The notes beneath the pieces were generated by a model, which did no database searches, was not told the origin of the DNA, and saw nothing but the letters and a program-made list of their open reading frames with translations. A program made the position numbers and the translations under genes. Positions 31,117 to 40,480 of a DNA stretch of 41,889 nt are shown piece by piece; within the stretch, counting starts at the first letter, position 1, and every line of letters begins with the position of its first letter. Source of the DNA: a virus. Where the stretch lies: positions 1 to 41,889 of the IMG/VR virus record IMGVR_UViG_3300005764_000007, one strand, 5' to 3'.

Positions 31117-32392
31117 TCTGATCGCCGAATATCGCAAGCTGGGCGAAGAGAACTTCACCCTATGGAAAAAAGCGCTCGATGAGTTTCGCGTTAAGGGCGA
31201 AGTCACGGGCGAAACAAAGGAGCGCATCGAAAAGCTGGAAGCTGCAATGACCGAGCTCAGCGAGAAGATGCTGGCCGAGTTTCGCAAGCTGAACGAAAAG
31301 AGCTCGCGCCCGCCCGTCAGCATCGCGAACGGTCGCGGCTACGGCGGAGATGGCGAGTTCCGCTCTATCGGCGTGCAGTTTACGGAGCTCGCAGACTACA
31401 AGAGCTATCAGGCCAATCCCACGAATAGGCCGCGCTTCCAGACTACGCTCAAGGGCCGCATCATTCAGCCCATGGAGTTACGCGCCGTCAATCCGTTCAT
31501 CGCCAGCGAAACATCGGGCATTGTGTACATTCCCAAGCGCGTGGGTGTGTTCACTCAGCCCACGATCCCGCTCGTCATGCGCGATCTGCTCGATGTCATT
31601 CCGCTCGATGGCACGAACGCCGTAGAGTACGTCATCGAGGCGTGGCAACTGAATGCCGACTATCAGATCAAAGAAGGCGACAAGAAAGCGCAGTCCGATG
31701 TCACGTACACGGATAAGACCGCAGTAGTGCGGACCATTGCGCACTATGTCGTCATCAGCAGACAGATGCTCGCTGACGCGCCCTTCATTCAGGCCAGCAT
31801 CGATAACCGCATGGTCTACGGCATCGCGCTGAAAGAAGACAAAGAGATCCTATACGGCGACGGTGCGACGGGTCACTTGCTGGGCATCATGCCGCAAGCC
31901 ACTCCGTTTGCTGGAGGCGCGCTGACGATCGATAACGCGATTGATCAGGTGTACGCAGCGATGGTGCAGATCATGCAGGCGGGCTATGCGCCCACTGCCA
32001 TCGTGATGAACCCCGTGGACTTCGCGGGCATCGCGCTGATGAAGAACACGATGGGCATGTATCTGCTCGGCGGGCCTCCAGCGTCCGAAGCGACGCCGCG
32101 ACTGTGGGGCTTGCCTATCGCGCTCACGATGAACATGGCTCCGGGCGACTTTCTGGTCGGCGCGTTTCCGGGCAACGCTGCGCTCTTCGACCGTCAGCAG
32201 ACAGTAGTCGAAGTGAGCAGCGAAAACGAAGATAACTTCGTCCGCAACTTGGTCACGATCCGCGCGGAGGAGCGCGTGACGCTGGCCGTATTCGTGCCCG
32301 CTGCATTCGTCAAGGGCACGGTGATGCCGCCCGCTGCGCTCGCATCCGGGCATCATCCGCCCGCGCAGCAACCCAGCCGCGATAGGAAATAA
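31079..32392 (+). CDS. Major capsid protein (HK97 fold) with an N-terminal coiled-coil delta domain
   Basis: AAGGAGAG RBS. The delta-like N-terminus is rich in E/K heptads, and the gene follows the protease gene. 437 aa. Confidence 0.88.
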   Translation: MASPALALVSDVDLIAEYRKLGEENFTLWKKALDEFRVKGEVTGETKERIEKLEAAMTELSEKMLAEFRKLNEKSSRPPVSIANGRGYGGDGEFRSIGVQFTELADYKSYQANPTNRPRFQTTLKGRIIQPMELRAVNPFIASETSGIVYIPKRVGVFTQPTIPLVMRDLLDVIPLDGTNAVEYVIEAWQLNADYQIKEGDKKAQSDVTYTDKTAVVRTIAHYVVISRQMLADAPFIQASIDNRMVYGIALKEDKEILYGDGATGHLLGIMPQATPFAGGALTIDNAIDQVYAAMVQIMQAGYAPTAIVMNPVDFAGIALMKNTMGMYLLGGPPASEATPRLWGLPIALTMNMAPGDFLVGAFPGNAALFDRQQTVVEVSSENEDNFVRNLVTIRAEERVTLAVFVPAAFVKGTVMPPAALASGHHPPAQQPSRDRK

Positions 32393-32395
32393 CCC

Positions 32396-32638
32396 ATGTC
32401 CAGACACGTACAAGTAGTCAAGACTTTCACGGGCAAGACGGGCCGCGCACGCGTACCCGGAGAGCTCCTCACGCTGTCGGATGAAGAAGCGCAGAAGCTG
32501 ATCGATGAGGGCGTAGTAAAAGCGCACGAAGCCCCGCATCCGACCGAAACGAAATCGCCGCGCCCGACTGAAACGAAGGTTGAAGAACCCGAAGAGCAGA
32601 AGAGCGAAGGCGAAGACGAAGACGAGCGGCGCTCATGA
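32396..32638 (+). CDS. Hypothetical acidic-tailed protein (80 aa) with a duplicated PTETK motif
   Basis: Listed ORF. HPTETKSPRPTETKVEEPEE is encoded by a duplicated CCGAC(C/T)GAAACGAA. Confidence 0.6.
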   Translation: MSRHVQVVKTFTGKTGRARVPGELLTLSDEEAQKLIDEGVVKAHEAPHPTETKSPRPTETKVEEPEEQKSEGEDEDERRS

Positions 32639-32784
32639 GAGTTCCGCTTACGCTCCTATTGCTACTGCTCGCGCTGGTCTGCTTCGGGCTGACTGGCGCG
32701 GGCGTGCGCTTACCTCGCGGCGATCTGATGGCGTGGGGGCTCACGTTCCTAACGCTCGCGCAGATCATCCCACTCGTGCTATGA
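32635..32784 (+). CDS. 49-aa predicted two-TM membrane protein
   Basis: My own translation gives MRVPLTLLLLLLALVCFGLTGAGVRLPRGDLMAWGLTFLTLAQIIPLVL. ATGA overlaps at both ends exactly fill the gap. It is below the ORF-track cut-off. Confidence 0.6.
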   Translation: MRVPLTLLLLLLALVCFGLTGAGVRLPRGDLMAWGLTFLTLAQIIPLVL

Positions 32785-33254
32785 ACCGACTACCGCCAAG
32801 ACTGCCTCACGTACGCATCGCGCTGCATGATCAAAATGACTTCATCACTAATCAGGCTACTGTGCTGCTCGGTGATGGTCGCGATGATGTGACCGATCCG
32901 CCCGTTGTACCTCCTTCCGTTCCGCTGTCTCCATCGGCGGGCGGACGTGAGGCGGTCGTTACGCTCGATGAGATCAAGATGCATTGCCGCATCGAGCCCG
33001 ATCAGACCGTAGAAGACAGTTATCTGCTATCGCTCGAAATGGCGGCGCACATCCACATAGAGAACGATCTGCGCCGCCCCAATCAACTAGACGCGAGCGC
33101 GCCCGAGAACATCAAGCTGGCGATGCTCGTGCTGATCGCGCACTGGTACCGCAACCGTGAAGCCGTGGACATCGTGACGGGCTCCGTTGATACAGTGCCG
33201 CTCGCATACTCCGCGCTGCTCTCGACGGAGCGCGAATACAGCGCTGACTACTGA
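32781..33254 (+). CDS. Head-tail connector (gp6-like, Phage_connect_1 type)
   Basis: LDEIKMHCRIEPDQTVEDSYLLSLEMAAHIHIENDL...NIKLAMLVLIAHWYRNRE matches the family signature. The ATG at 32781 lies within the listed 32580 frame. Confidence 0.8.
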   Translation: MNRLPPRLPHVRIALHDQNDFITNQATVLLGDGRDDVTDPPVVPPSVPLSPSAGGREAVVTLDEIKMHCRIEPDQTVEDSYLLSLEMAAHIHIENDLRRPNQLDASAPENIKLAMLVLIAHWYRNREAVDIVTGSVDTVPLAYSALLSTEREYSADY

Positions 33255-33601
33255 TGCCCCTCGTACTCACACGCAGCGTTCCCGCGCAGCTTGACGCGGG
33301 CAAGCTGGACCGTCGAGTCACTCTGCTGAAGCCGATCTATAACAGCTACGGAGACGAGATCACGGGCTGGGAAGCGGTGGCCGATGTCTGGGCCGCAGTC
33401 ACTGTCAGCACGGGGCGCGAGCAGAACGAAGCAGATCGCATCGTAGCGCTGACGACTGCATACGTGATCATCCGTCATCGCACGGACGTAGACGCGCGCT
33501 GGCGCGTCCAGGATGGTCCCTATACATGGGAAGTGCGCGCGCTCGCTGATCTGTCGCGGCTGCGCGTCACATTGCAACTGACTTGCACGGAGGTTCAATA
33601 G
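33254..33601 (+). CDS. Head closure / head-tail joining protein (SPP1 gp16-like)
   Basis: LDRRVTLLKP...GDEITGWEAVADVWAAV...GREQ fits the family pattern. The call is also supported by synteny. Confidence 0.75.
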   Translation: MPLVLTRSVPAQLDAGKLDRRVTLLKPIYNSYGDEITGWEAVADVWAAVTVSTGREQNEADRIVALTTAYVIIRHRTDVDARWRVQDGPYTWEVRALADLSRLRVTLQLTCTEVQ

Positions 33602-34063
33602 ATGCCCGCTCCGGTCTTGAGCTCGCTCGATCCGAAAGTACAGGCTATCTTCGATGCGCTGGACGCATACATACAGGGCACGAGCTGGGCCAACGCGACG
33701 GCTAGCGTGATGCTCACTGGCTCCCAGACTACGCACACGATCACTACTGCTGATCGAACGAATAGCAACGGCGTCAGCTACACGGAGCGCATCGCGGGAG
33801 TGAGGGTCACTATCGACCCCATGAGCGTTACGCTCAGCCCTGGTCAGTCGCAGCAATTCACGGCGGCGGCCTACAATCCTGACGGCTCCGCTGCGAGCGG
33901 CACATTCACCTGGACGCTGACGCAGGGCGCACCGGGAACGCTCGATGCGAACGGGCTGTACACTGCGCCCGCATCGCTGGCTGGACCCGCGAGCGCGCAA
34001 GTTAACGCAGCTTTCAGCGACGGGCAAGCGTGGGCGTCCGCGACAGTCGCCCTACAGCCATGA
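33602..34063 (+). CDS. Ig-like (Big_2-type) domain protein
   Basis: VTIDPMSVTLSPGQSQQFTAAAYNPDGS...TFTWTL...LDANGLYTAP matches the bacterial Ig-like group 2 pattern. Confidence 0.7.
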   Translation: MPAPVLSSLDPKVQAIFDALDAYIQGTSWANATASVMLTGSQTTHTITTADRTNSNGVSYTERIAGVRVTIDPMSVTLSPGQSQQFTAAAYNPDGSAASGTFTWTLTQGAPGTLDANGLYTAPASLAGPASAQVNAAFSDGQAWASATVALQP

Positions 34064-34482
34064 GACGGCCCGTTGTCAAAGTTCAGTGGCAAGGCATCGA
34101 AGAGCTAAAGAATACGCTCGCGCAAGTGGGCCTATCGCTCGATGACCGCGACCGCACGGTTAAGAACGTGATCATGGGTCCAGCTACGAAGATGCGCGAT
34201 GAAGCGCGCGAGCTCGCGCCCGTCAAGACTGGCAATCTGCGCGCGTCGATCTACGCCAATCCTGGAGGCGACAGACAGCGCGGCGTGCTCATGGGCGTGA
34301 ACGCGAAGAAGGCGTACTACGGGCGCTTCGTGGAGTACGGCACAAGCAAGATGATGGCGCGCCCATACTTCCGCCCAGCGCTGCTCAAGATGACGGGCAG
34401 CTACGCAAACGACATCACTCCGGGCATCAAGAAAATCATCGAGGACACAGCCGAGAAGAACGCCTATCATCCGCCCGACTAG
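34060..34482 (+). CDS. HK97 gp10-like tail-attachment (head-tail adaptor) protein
   Basis: APVKTGNLRASIY......YYGRFVEYGTSKMMARPYFRPA matches the gp10 family. The ATG at 34060 overlaps the upstream stop. Confidence 0.8.
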   Translation: MRRPVVKVQWQGIEELKNTLAQVGLSLDDRDRTVKNVIMGPATKMRDEARELAPVKTGNLRASIYANPGGDRQRGVLMGVNAKKAYYGRFVEYGTSKMMARPYFRPALLKMTGSYANDITPGIKKIIEDTAEKNAYHPPD

Positions 34483-34935
34483 ATGATCATCTTCGAGCAG
34501 ACATTACGGGATCTGTTGATCAGCACGAATCTTGTGAGCAATCGCGTGTTTCTGGCGCGCGCTCCGCAGAAGCCCGCACAGCCGCTCGTGACTCCGTACA
34601 TGGTCTTCTTCATGGTCGGGCCGTTGCCCGTGCAGACTCACACGGGGCCGCTCAATCAAGTGCAGCGCGATTATCAGGTCAGCATCTTCGATGACTCGCA
34701 GTCGCGCGCGCTGGCAATCGGCGACTCGCTGCGCGGCTTTCTGGATACGCTGCACGGCGACTACGAAAGTGTACATATCGGCTCGTGTCTGTACATGCTT
34801 CAAACGTGGACGTGGGAGCAGGAGACGCAGTTAATGCAAGTGATCCAGGAGTACCGGATCATGCACAACTATCTACCCGCAGTAACCAAAGCAGTGAAGA
34901 CCGCAGTAAGACCCGAAAGGACAAAACGAATATGA
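34483..34935 (+). CDS. Tail terminator / completion protein (DUF3168-like)
   Basis: LVSNRVFLARAPQKPAQPLVTPYMVFFMV... pattern, and position before the major tail gene. Confidence 0.65.
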   Translation: MIIFEQTLRDLLISTNLVSNRVFLARAPQKPAQPLVTPYMVFFMVGPLPVQTHTGPLNQVQRDYQVSIFDDSQSRALAIGDSLRGFLDTLHGDYESVHIGSCLYMLQTWTWEQETQLMQVIQEYRIMHNYLPAVTKAVKTAVRPERTKRI

Positions 34936-35780
34936 GCACGTACTTCGCAGATCCAATGCCCGAGCAAGGCCGCGCGCCCGCAGCCGTTCATGGTGGCGGA
35001 GCTCCGCCGCGCACTCCTCCTCCTGCGCCGCCCGCGCCGCCTCCGCCGTCTCCGTTTGCAGCCGCGCCCGATGACACGATCACGGGCATTCCAGCGTACG
35101 GCACGCTGATCCAAGTACAGAGCGACCCAGGCCCGCCCGCAGTGTTCGTAAACATCGAGGGCGTAGGCGACATCACGGGCCCGGGCACGAACATTGCAGA
35201 AGCCGAGACGACATCGCACAGCACGGGCGCTCCCGTGCGCAGCTTCATTCCTACGCTGATCGATCCGGGCGAGCTCAGCTTTCCGTGTTTCTGGAATCCC
35301 AGCGATCCTACGCAGTCGCTGAGCTCACCGTACGGGCTAGAGTCTCTCTTCTGGTCGCGCTCGATCACTACGTTTCAGTTAGTGAACACGGACCCCACGC
35401 ACCGCACGCGGCAGTTTCGCGGCTTCGTCAAGAGCATCGCGGAGACTGCGCCAGTCGCGGGCATCATGACGCGCAACACAGCCATACGCATCACTTCGCC
35501 AATGATGGACGTTCCCAGCGCGATCAGTCTGGAGCCCGACAACGCAACTGCGCTGACGGCGGGCGGGCCTGGGACATTCGACGTGAAGACGGGCGGCAGC
35601 AATGCGCCGTGGCAAGCGCAGTCAGGCGTGCCGTGGATCACGATTGACGATCCGGTGGGCTTGCAAACGGGCGATCAGACCGTCAATTACACGGTCGCAT
35701 CTAACGGCACGGGCTCGCCGCGCACGGGTCACATTCTGATCGCGGCGCTGAGCCTCAGCTTCACAGTCACTCAGTCGTAA
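34932..35780 (+). CDS. Major tail (tube) protein with a Pro-rich N-terminal extension and a C-terminal BACON/Ig-like domain
   Basis: The ATG at 34932 overlaps the upstream stop. The core is ...LIQVQSD..VFVNIEGVGDITGPG...ETTSHS.... The C-terminus is LEPDNATALTAGGPGTFDVKTGGSNAPWQAQSGVPWITIDDP..GDQTVNYTVASNGTGSPRTGHILI....FTVTQS (BACON-like). Confidence 0.8.
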   Translation: MSTYFADPMPEQGRAPAAVHGGGAPPRTPPPAPPAPPPPSPFAAAPDDTITGIPAYGTLIQVQSDPGPPAVFVNIEGVGDITGPGTNIAEAETTSHSTGAPVRSFIPTLIDPGELSFPCFWNPSDPTQSLSSPYGLESLFWSRSITTFQLVNTDPTHRTRQFRGFVKSIAETAPVAGIMTRNTAIRITSPMMDVPSAISLEPDNATALTAGGPGTFDVKTGGSNAPWQAQSGVPWITIDDPVGLQTGDQTVNYTVASNGTGSPRTGHILIAALSLSFTVTQS

Positions 35781-35799
35781 CAGGAGCTCGCGCTACATC

Positions 35800-36234
35800 A
35801 TGCCGTTCACTAAGCCCGAGCCCGGAAAGCCCCTGTTGGTGGAGCTCGACGGGCATCTGTACGAATTCCGTTTTACGCTGCGCGCGCTCAAGGCTCTGGA
35901 TGTCGAGCAGAATATCTCGATATTTAGAGACTTGGGCACGGCGTTCCAGGACCCCGCGAAGATGGCGCTCATTCTGTGGTACGGACTGCGCGCCAAGAAC
36001 CCGGATATCACGCTGGACTTCGTAGAAGACAACATCGATGCAACCATGCTGCTCGATCTTGTGCCGCTGCTCAGCTATGCCGCGTCAGGACGCGTGCCAG
36101 ACGTTGACAAGCTGATCGCGGATGCGGAGGCCCGCATCCCAAACGCGCTCACGCCCAGAGCGGAGACTGGATCACCATCTGGGCAATCGGGCGCTACGAT
36201 CTTGGCTGCTCAGAGCTCGAATTCTGGGAGCTAA
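35800..36234 (+). CDS. Tail assembly chaperone (gpG-like)
   Basis: It lies between the major tail gene and the tape measure gene. 144 aa. Confidence 0.8.
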   Translation: MPFTKPEPGKPLLVELDGHLYEFRFTLRALKALDVEQNISIFRDLGTAFQDPAKMALILWYGLRAKNPDITLDFVEDNIDATMLLDLVPLLSYAASGRVPDVDKLIADAEARIPNALTPRAETGSPSGQSGATILAAQSSNSGS

Positions 36235-36629
36235 CCTTCGAGGAGTATCACGCGCTGTGCGAGCGCGACCTACAGCGTCAGGACTTCGAGGAGTATCTGG
36301 CGGCTCTCTCCCCGTGGGCTACGTTCAACGTCAATCGCGCAAAGAATGCGCGCTTCTGGCAACCAATGGAATTCATGTATCAGCACAAGGCGCGCGCTGA
36401 CATGCGCGCCAATCGCGCGCAGACGCTCCAGGAGCGATCGCGCGCGGGACGCCCGAGCATTGGCACTCCCGCCCGCATCGTCGCTCCTACGCCCGCTACA
36501 GGCGCGCGCTGGGCCAAGCCCGGAGAACGTCCGCCCAGCAAGTACGCTCCGGGCGAGAACGATGACGTGATCGAGCGCTATGACGCATGGGCCGCGCAGT
36601 TTCACGCGGGCAAGGTGAAGCGTGGCTAA
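35800..36629 (+). CDS. Tail assembly chaperone G-T fusion made by a -1 frameshift at 36138-36144
   Basis: The -1 frame is open from 36114 to the stop at 36627-36629 by my translation (...PKRAHAQSGDWITIWAIGRYDLGCSELEFWELTFEEYHALCERDL...). A C CCA AAC heptamer sits in the G frame. Confidence 0.65.
36138..36144 (+). other. Candidate -1 programmed ribosomal frameshift slippery heptamer C CCA AAC
   Basis: It fits X XXY YYZ in the zero frame of the chaperone gene (codons CCA 36139, AAC 36142). Confidence 0.6.
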
Positions 36630-36700
36630 GACAGCGGGCATAGTGCTGCTACTGCTCGCAGCGCTGGCGTGCTTGTGGCTATTGCACATGAGGACTCATC

Positions 36701-39700
36701 ATGACTGACGCAGGGGACATCAAAGCCAGAGCAACGCTAGATAACGCCGAGTTTATGGGCGCGCTCAAGGCGATGGGCGATGAGATCGGCAAGAGCGCTC
36801 AGAGCGCGGCCACTTCGCTTCAATCCATCACGTCAGGCTTCGGCGCAATCACGGATGCACTCGCGGGCATCGGCGCGGCAGTGGGGCTCAGCGAATTCGC
36901 GAAGCAGTGTCTGGATGTCACGAACAAAGTAGACGCGCTGAGCGCGGCCTTCAAAGCGCTGAACGGACCCACGCAAGAAACGGCGGATCTCTTAGAGACG
37001 CTGCAAGGCATGGAGTTCAAATCGCTCTATGACTTCGAGGACACGCTAGGCCCAGCCGCGAAGAACATGCTCATGTTGGGCGTCTCCGCTGATGACACGG
37101 CGAAGGCGATGCAAGCGCTCGCCGATCAAGCTGCGGCGATGAAGGAGGGGCCGCAGTACATCGAAGAAGTCAGCAACGCGCTCGCGAAGATGAATAGCCA
37201 TGTTGTCGCGAATCAGCGCGACATGAAGGCGCTCCAGCAATTCGGCATCGATGCGTACGGAGCGCTCGCGCGCGAGATCGGCACGAGCGTACCGAATGCC
37301 ATCGAAGAAGTGAAGAAAGGCATGATCAGCGCGCAGACCGTTATACAAGCGGTCACGGCTGACATGGAGAAGAACTTTGGCGGCGCGGCTGAGCGCTCGC
37401 TCGATAGCTGGAAAGGCGCAATGCACGTGCTCAGCGAGAGCACGGAAGAAGCGCAGCAAGCTATCGGGCGCGTGATCAAGGATGTCTTTACCGACATCGC
37501 GCCGATCATCAAAGCTGCCGCCGACGAGATTCTAAAGCTGGTCGATATCTTCAAGGATCTGCCCACCCCGGTAAAGGACGCGATCATCATCATCCCCATA
37601 GCTACGGGCATGGTCGCCGCGCTCGCTGTCGCATTCGGCGCGCTGGGCATCGCGCTCGAAGCCGTCTCCTTCAACCCGATCACGCTGGCTATCGGGGCCG
37701 CAGTGGGCGCGCTCGCGCTCTTGGGCAAGTGGGTCTATGACAACTGGCCCGCGATCAAAGCAGTTATCGATGAGCTAGGCACGGACTTCGTTGCGGCGGG
37801 CAATGCGCTCGCCAACGCCTTCGCTCCGGTAGTCGCGATATGGAAGCCGCTATGGGCTGATCTGGTCGCGGCGCTGCAATATTCGTGGGACTCGATCAAG
37901 TCAGCGCTCGACACATTCAAAGGCGCACTGGGTAGCTTCTTCGGCTGGATCGGCGATCTGTTCGCGAAGATTCCGGGCATGTCCGATGAGTGGAAGAAGC
38001 TAGGCGACATCTGGACAACCGAAGAGCAGAAGTTAGCGGACGCGAAAGCCGCGACTGACGCGAAGAAGAAGTCCGATGATGAAGCCGCCGCAGCATCCGC
38101 GAATCTGCGCAAAGAAGCGCAGCAACAGCAAGCGCAGGAGCTCGCCGCTGCGAACGCTGCGAAGGCCGCAGCCGCTGAGCGCAAGAAAGAAGAAGAAGCA
38201 GCTAAGAAGGCCGCGGAAGAGCAGAAGAAGCTGACCGCCGACACGCTGCGCGGCTACGAAGCGCTGAAGGCCATTGCGCCCGATGTCGCTGAATCCTTCG
38301 CTACCGCTATGGGCGGCATCCAGGAGGAGACAGACAAGACCGCGAAGATATTCGGCGCTGCATGGCCGAAGATGTCGGACGCGCAGAAGCAAGCGGCTAC
38401 GGATACAATCGCGCTGGGCGACGCCTTCAAGACGCTGGGCGTCACTACTACTGCGCAGCTTGAAGACGCGGCGACTAACGCGGAGAAGGCGTATCAGCGC
38501 ATCCAGGCATCGGGCCGCGCATCGGCTGATGATCTCGTGCTGGCGATGGATGCCGTGTACGCAGCCCATCAGAAGGTGGCCGATCATCTCAACGCCGACG
38601 TGAAGAAGGCGTATGACGACGGCGCGATTACAGCGCAGGAGTATTACTCCACGATCGCAGCGCGCGCGCAAGCGGCTTACGATGAGGTCGAAGCTGCGTA
38701 CGCTTCCGGTGAGGCCAGTTATGCCGAGCTCAAGGCTTCAGAGAAGACGCTGGACGATGCGCGCACTGCTGAAGCTAAGAGTAATTCGAAGGAGATGGCG
38801 GACGCCTACCATGAGTTCGGCGTCAAGACGCAGGAGGAGCTCGACAAGGCTACAGCCGCGCACGCTGCGTACAAAGCCATCGTAGACGCGACAGCGGACA
38901 GCGCGACCAAAGCCGCTATCGCGTTTAAGGATCTGGGCGTCACGAGCTCACAAGCGCAGACGGATAGCCTGAATAAGTTAGCGGACGCGTACGCGCGCGT
39001 GGAGACTGCGGCGCGGCAGGGGCTCGCGACAGACAGCGACTTATACGCCGCATCGCAGAAGCTACAGACTGCAACCCAGCAGCATGTTGACTACCTGAAT
39101 CAGAAGTGGCAGGACGCGTACAAGAATGGCGAGATCACCGCGAAGCAGATGTATACGCATCTAGTCGAAGCGGCGGGCGACTATCTTGCGCAAGTCCAGG
39201 CTACGAGCGACGGCAGCGAAGCCTCGATGCAAAAGGTTAACGCTGCGATCAAGGCGCTTCAGGATGCCATCGAGAAGCTGCGCGTCGCGACGGCTACCGA
39301 TCTCAATCAGGCGTTTCACGATCTGGGCGTCAAGAGCCAAGCCGAATGGGAAGCGATGCGCACGAAAGCGGAGACGGAGTATCAGCGCATCGCAGACAGC
39401 GCGGGCGCAAACTCGATCATCGCCAAAGAAGCGTGGGTCAACAAAACCAAAGAAGCGTACACCGCGATTCTCCAGGAGGGCGGAACGCTCACGGAGAAGC
39501 AGAAGTCAGAGCTCGACCGCCAGGAGACGCAGTTACAGCAACATCTCGACACTTCCAAATCGATGTGGAAGACCGCCTACGACGGCATCAAGAGTACGCT
39601 CGATACGTTCGTAGATGACTCGATCAATAAGCTGGTGACGGGCGATCTCAGCTTCGGCGCAAGCGTGAAGTCCATGCTCGAAGGACTGGGAACTACGGTC

Positions 39701-40480
39701 ATCAACACGTTCATTGCGCCCTTCAAGAAAGCCATCACCGATTTCATCGCTAACGAGATGGCCGATCTGTTAGGCCCGAAGGGGCTGGGCGGAATCACTG
39801 ACAGCCTGAAGAGCATCGGTACTGGAATCACCAGCATCTTCGGCGGCGGAGCGAGCGCGGCGGGCGGGGTTGCGAGCGGCGTAGGCGAAGCGGGCAGCGC
39901 AGTAGGGGGAGCAGCGGGCGGCGCGGGCAGCGCTGCTGGCAGCGTGTCTGGCGCAGCGGCGGGCAGCATTGCAAGCGTGGTCAACGTAGTCAGCGGAGTA
40001 GTGAGCGCGATCACTGGAGTTATCGGGGTGTTTCAGTCGGCCAAGCAGGAGACCACCCTGAACGCCATCGAACACAACACGCGCTACACCATGATGTACG
40101 TGGGTGATCGCGCAGACGGCGGCATCCTGGGTCAGATGTTCAAGCTGAATGAAGAGCTCGCATACGGCACGCTGACAAAGGCCATGGAGAAGCACCGGGA
40201 TAACTTCTATGACTGGACGGGCGTTATTAATCCGATCCTCATCACCATGCGTGACTCGCTGGCGCTGAACATCGCGCCCAAGATGGACGGCCTCTTGATG
40301 ACCGTGGAAAAGATCAGCGACTATACGCAGACGATGATCGATCAGCTATCGAAGAGCGACGCAGCGCGCAACATCACGGTGAACGTGAGCCCGCAAGGGC
40401 TGACCACGCAGGATGCGGCGCGCGCGCTGGGCAATCAGATCGCGGCGAATCTCTCTACTCAAATGGTGCCCGTAGCGTGA
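36701..40480 (+). CDS. Tape measure protein (1259 aa)
   Basis: It is the largest gene. It has long Ala/Lys/Glu coiled-coil regions, a hydrophobic segment (IIIIPIATGMVAALAVAFGALGIALEAV...) and a Gly/Ala/Ser-rich C-terminal stretch. It lies after the chaperone genes. Confidence 0.92.
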   Translation: MTDAGDIKARATLDNAEFMGALKAMGDEIGKSAQSAATSLQSITSGFGAITDALAGIGAAVGLSEFAKQCLDVTNKVDALSAAFKALNGPTQETADLLETLQGMEFKSLYDFEDTLGPAAKNMLMLGVSADDTAKAMQALADQAAAMKEGPQYIEEVSNALAKMNSHVVANQRDMKALQQFGIDAYGALAREIGTSVPNAIEEVKKGMISAQTVIQAVTADMEKNFGGAAERSLDSWKGAMHVLSESTEEAQQAIGRVIKDVFTDIAPIIKAAADEILKLVDIFKDLPTPVKDAIIIIPIATGMVAALAVAFGALGIALEAVSFNPITLAIGAAVGALALLGKWVYDNWPAIKAVIDELGTDFVAAGNALANAFAPVVAIWKPLWADLVAALQYSWDSIKSALDTFKGALGSFFGWIGDLFAKIPGMSDEWKKLGDIWTTEEQKLADAKAATDAKKKSDDEAAAASANLRKEAQQQQAQELAAANAAKAAAAERKKEEEAAKKAAEEQKKLTADTLRGYEALKAIAPDVAESFATAMGGIQEETDKTAKIFGAAWPKMSDAQKQAATDTIALGDAFKTLGVTTTAQLEDAATNAEKAYQRIQASGRASADDLVLAMDAVYAAHQKVADHLNADVKKAYDDGAITAQEYYSTIAARAQAAYDEVEAAYASGEASYAELKASEKTLDDARTAEAKSNSKEMADAYHEFGVKTQEELDKATAAHAAYKAIVDATADSATKAAIAFKDLGVTSSQAQTDSLNKLADAYARVETAARQGLATDSDLYAASQKLQTATQQHVDYLNQKWQDAYKNGEITAKQMYTHLVEAAGDYLAQVQATSDGSEASMQKVNAAIKALQDAIEKLRVATATDLNQAFHDLGVKSQAEWEAMRTKAETEYQRIADSAGANSIIAKEAWVNKTKEAYTAILQEGGTLTEKQKSELDRQETQLQQHLDTSKSMWKTAYDGIKSTLDTFVDDSINKLVTGDLSFGASVKSMLEGLGTTVINTFIAPFKKAITDFIANEMADLLGPKGLGGITDSLKSIGTGITSIFGGGASAAGGVASGVGEAGSAVGGAAGGAGSAAGSVSGAAAGSIASVVNVVSGVVSAITGVIGVFQSAKQETTLNAIEHNTRYTMMYVGDRADGGILGQMFKLNEELAYGTLTKAMEKHRDNFYDWTGVINPILITMRDSLALNIAPKMDGLLMTVEKISDYTQTMIDQLSKSDAARNITVNVSPQGLTTQDAARALGNQIAANLSTQMVPVA

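Noticed and set aside
36122-36400. Third-frame ORF in the chaperone overlap region as the T part of G-T
   Set aside because: It is Arg-rich with no chaperone-like sequence, and it would require a +1 shift with no suitable site. The -1 frame has a canonical heptamer and a plausible sequence.
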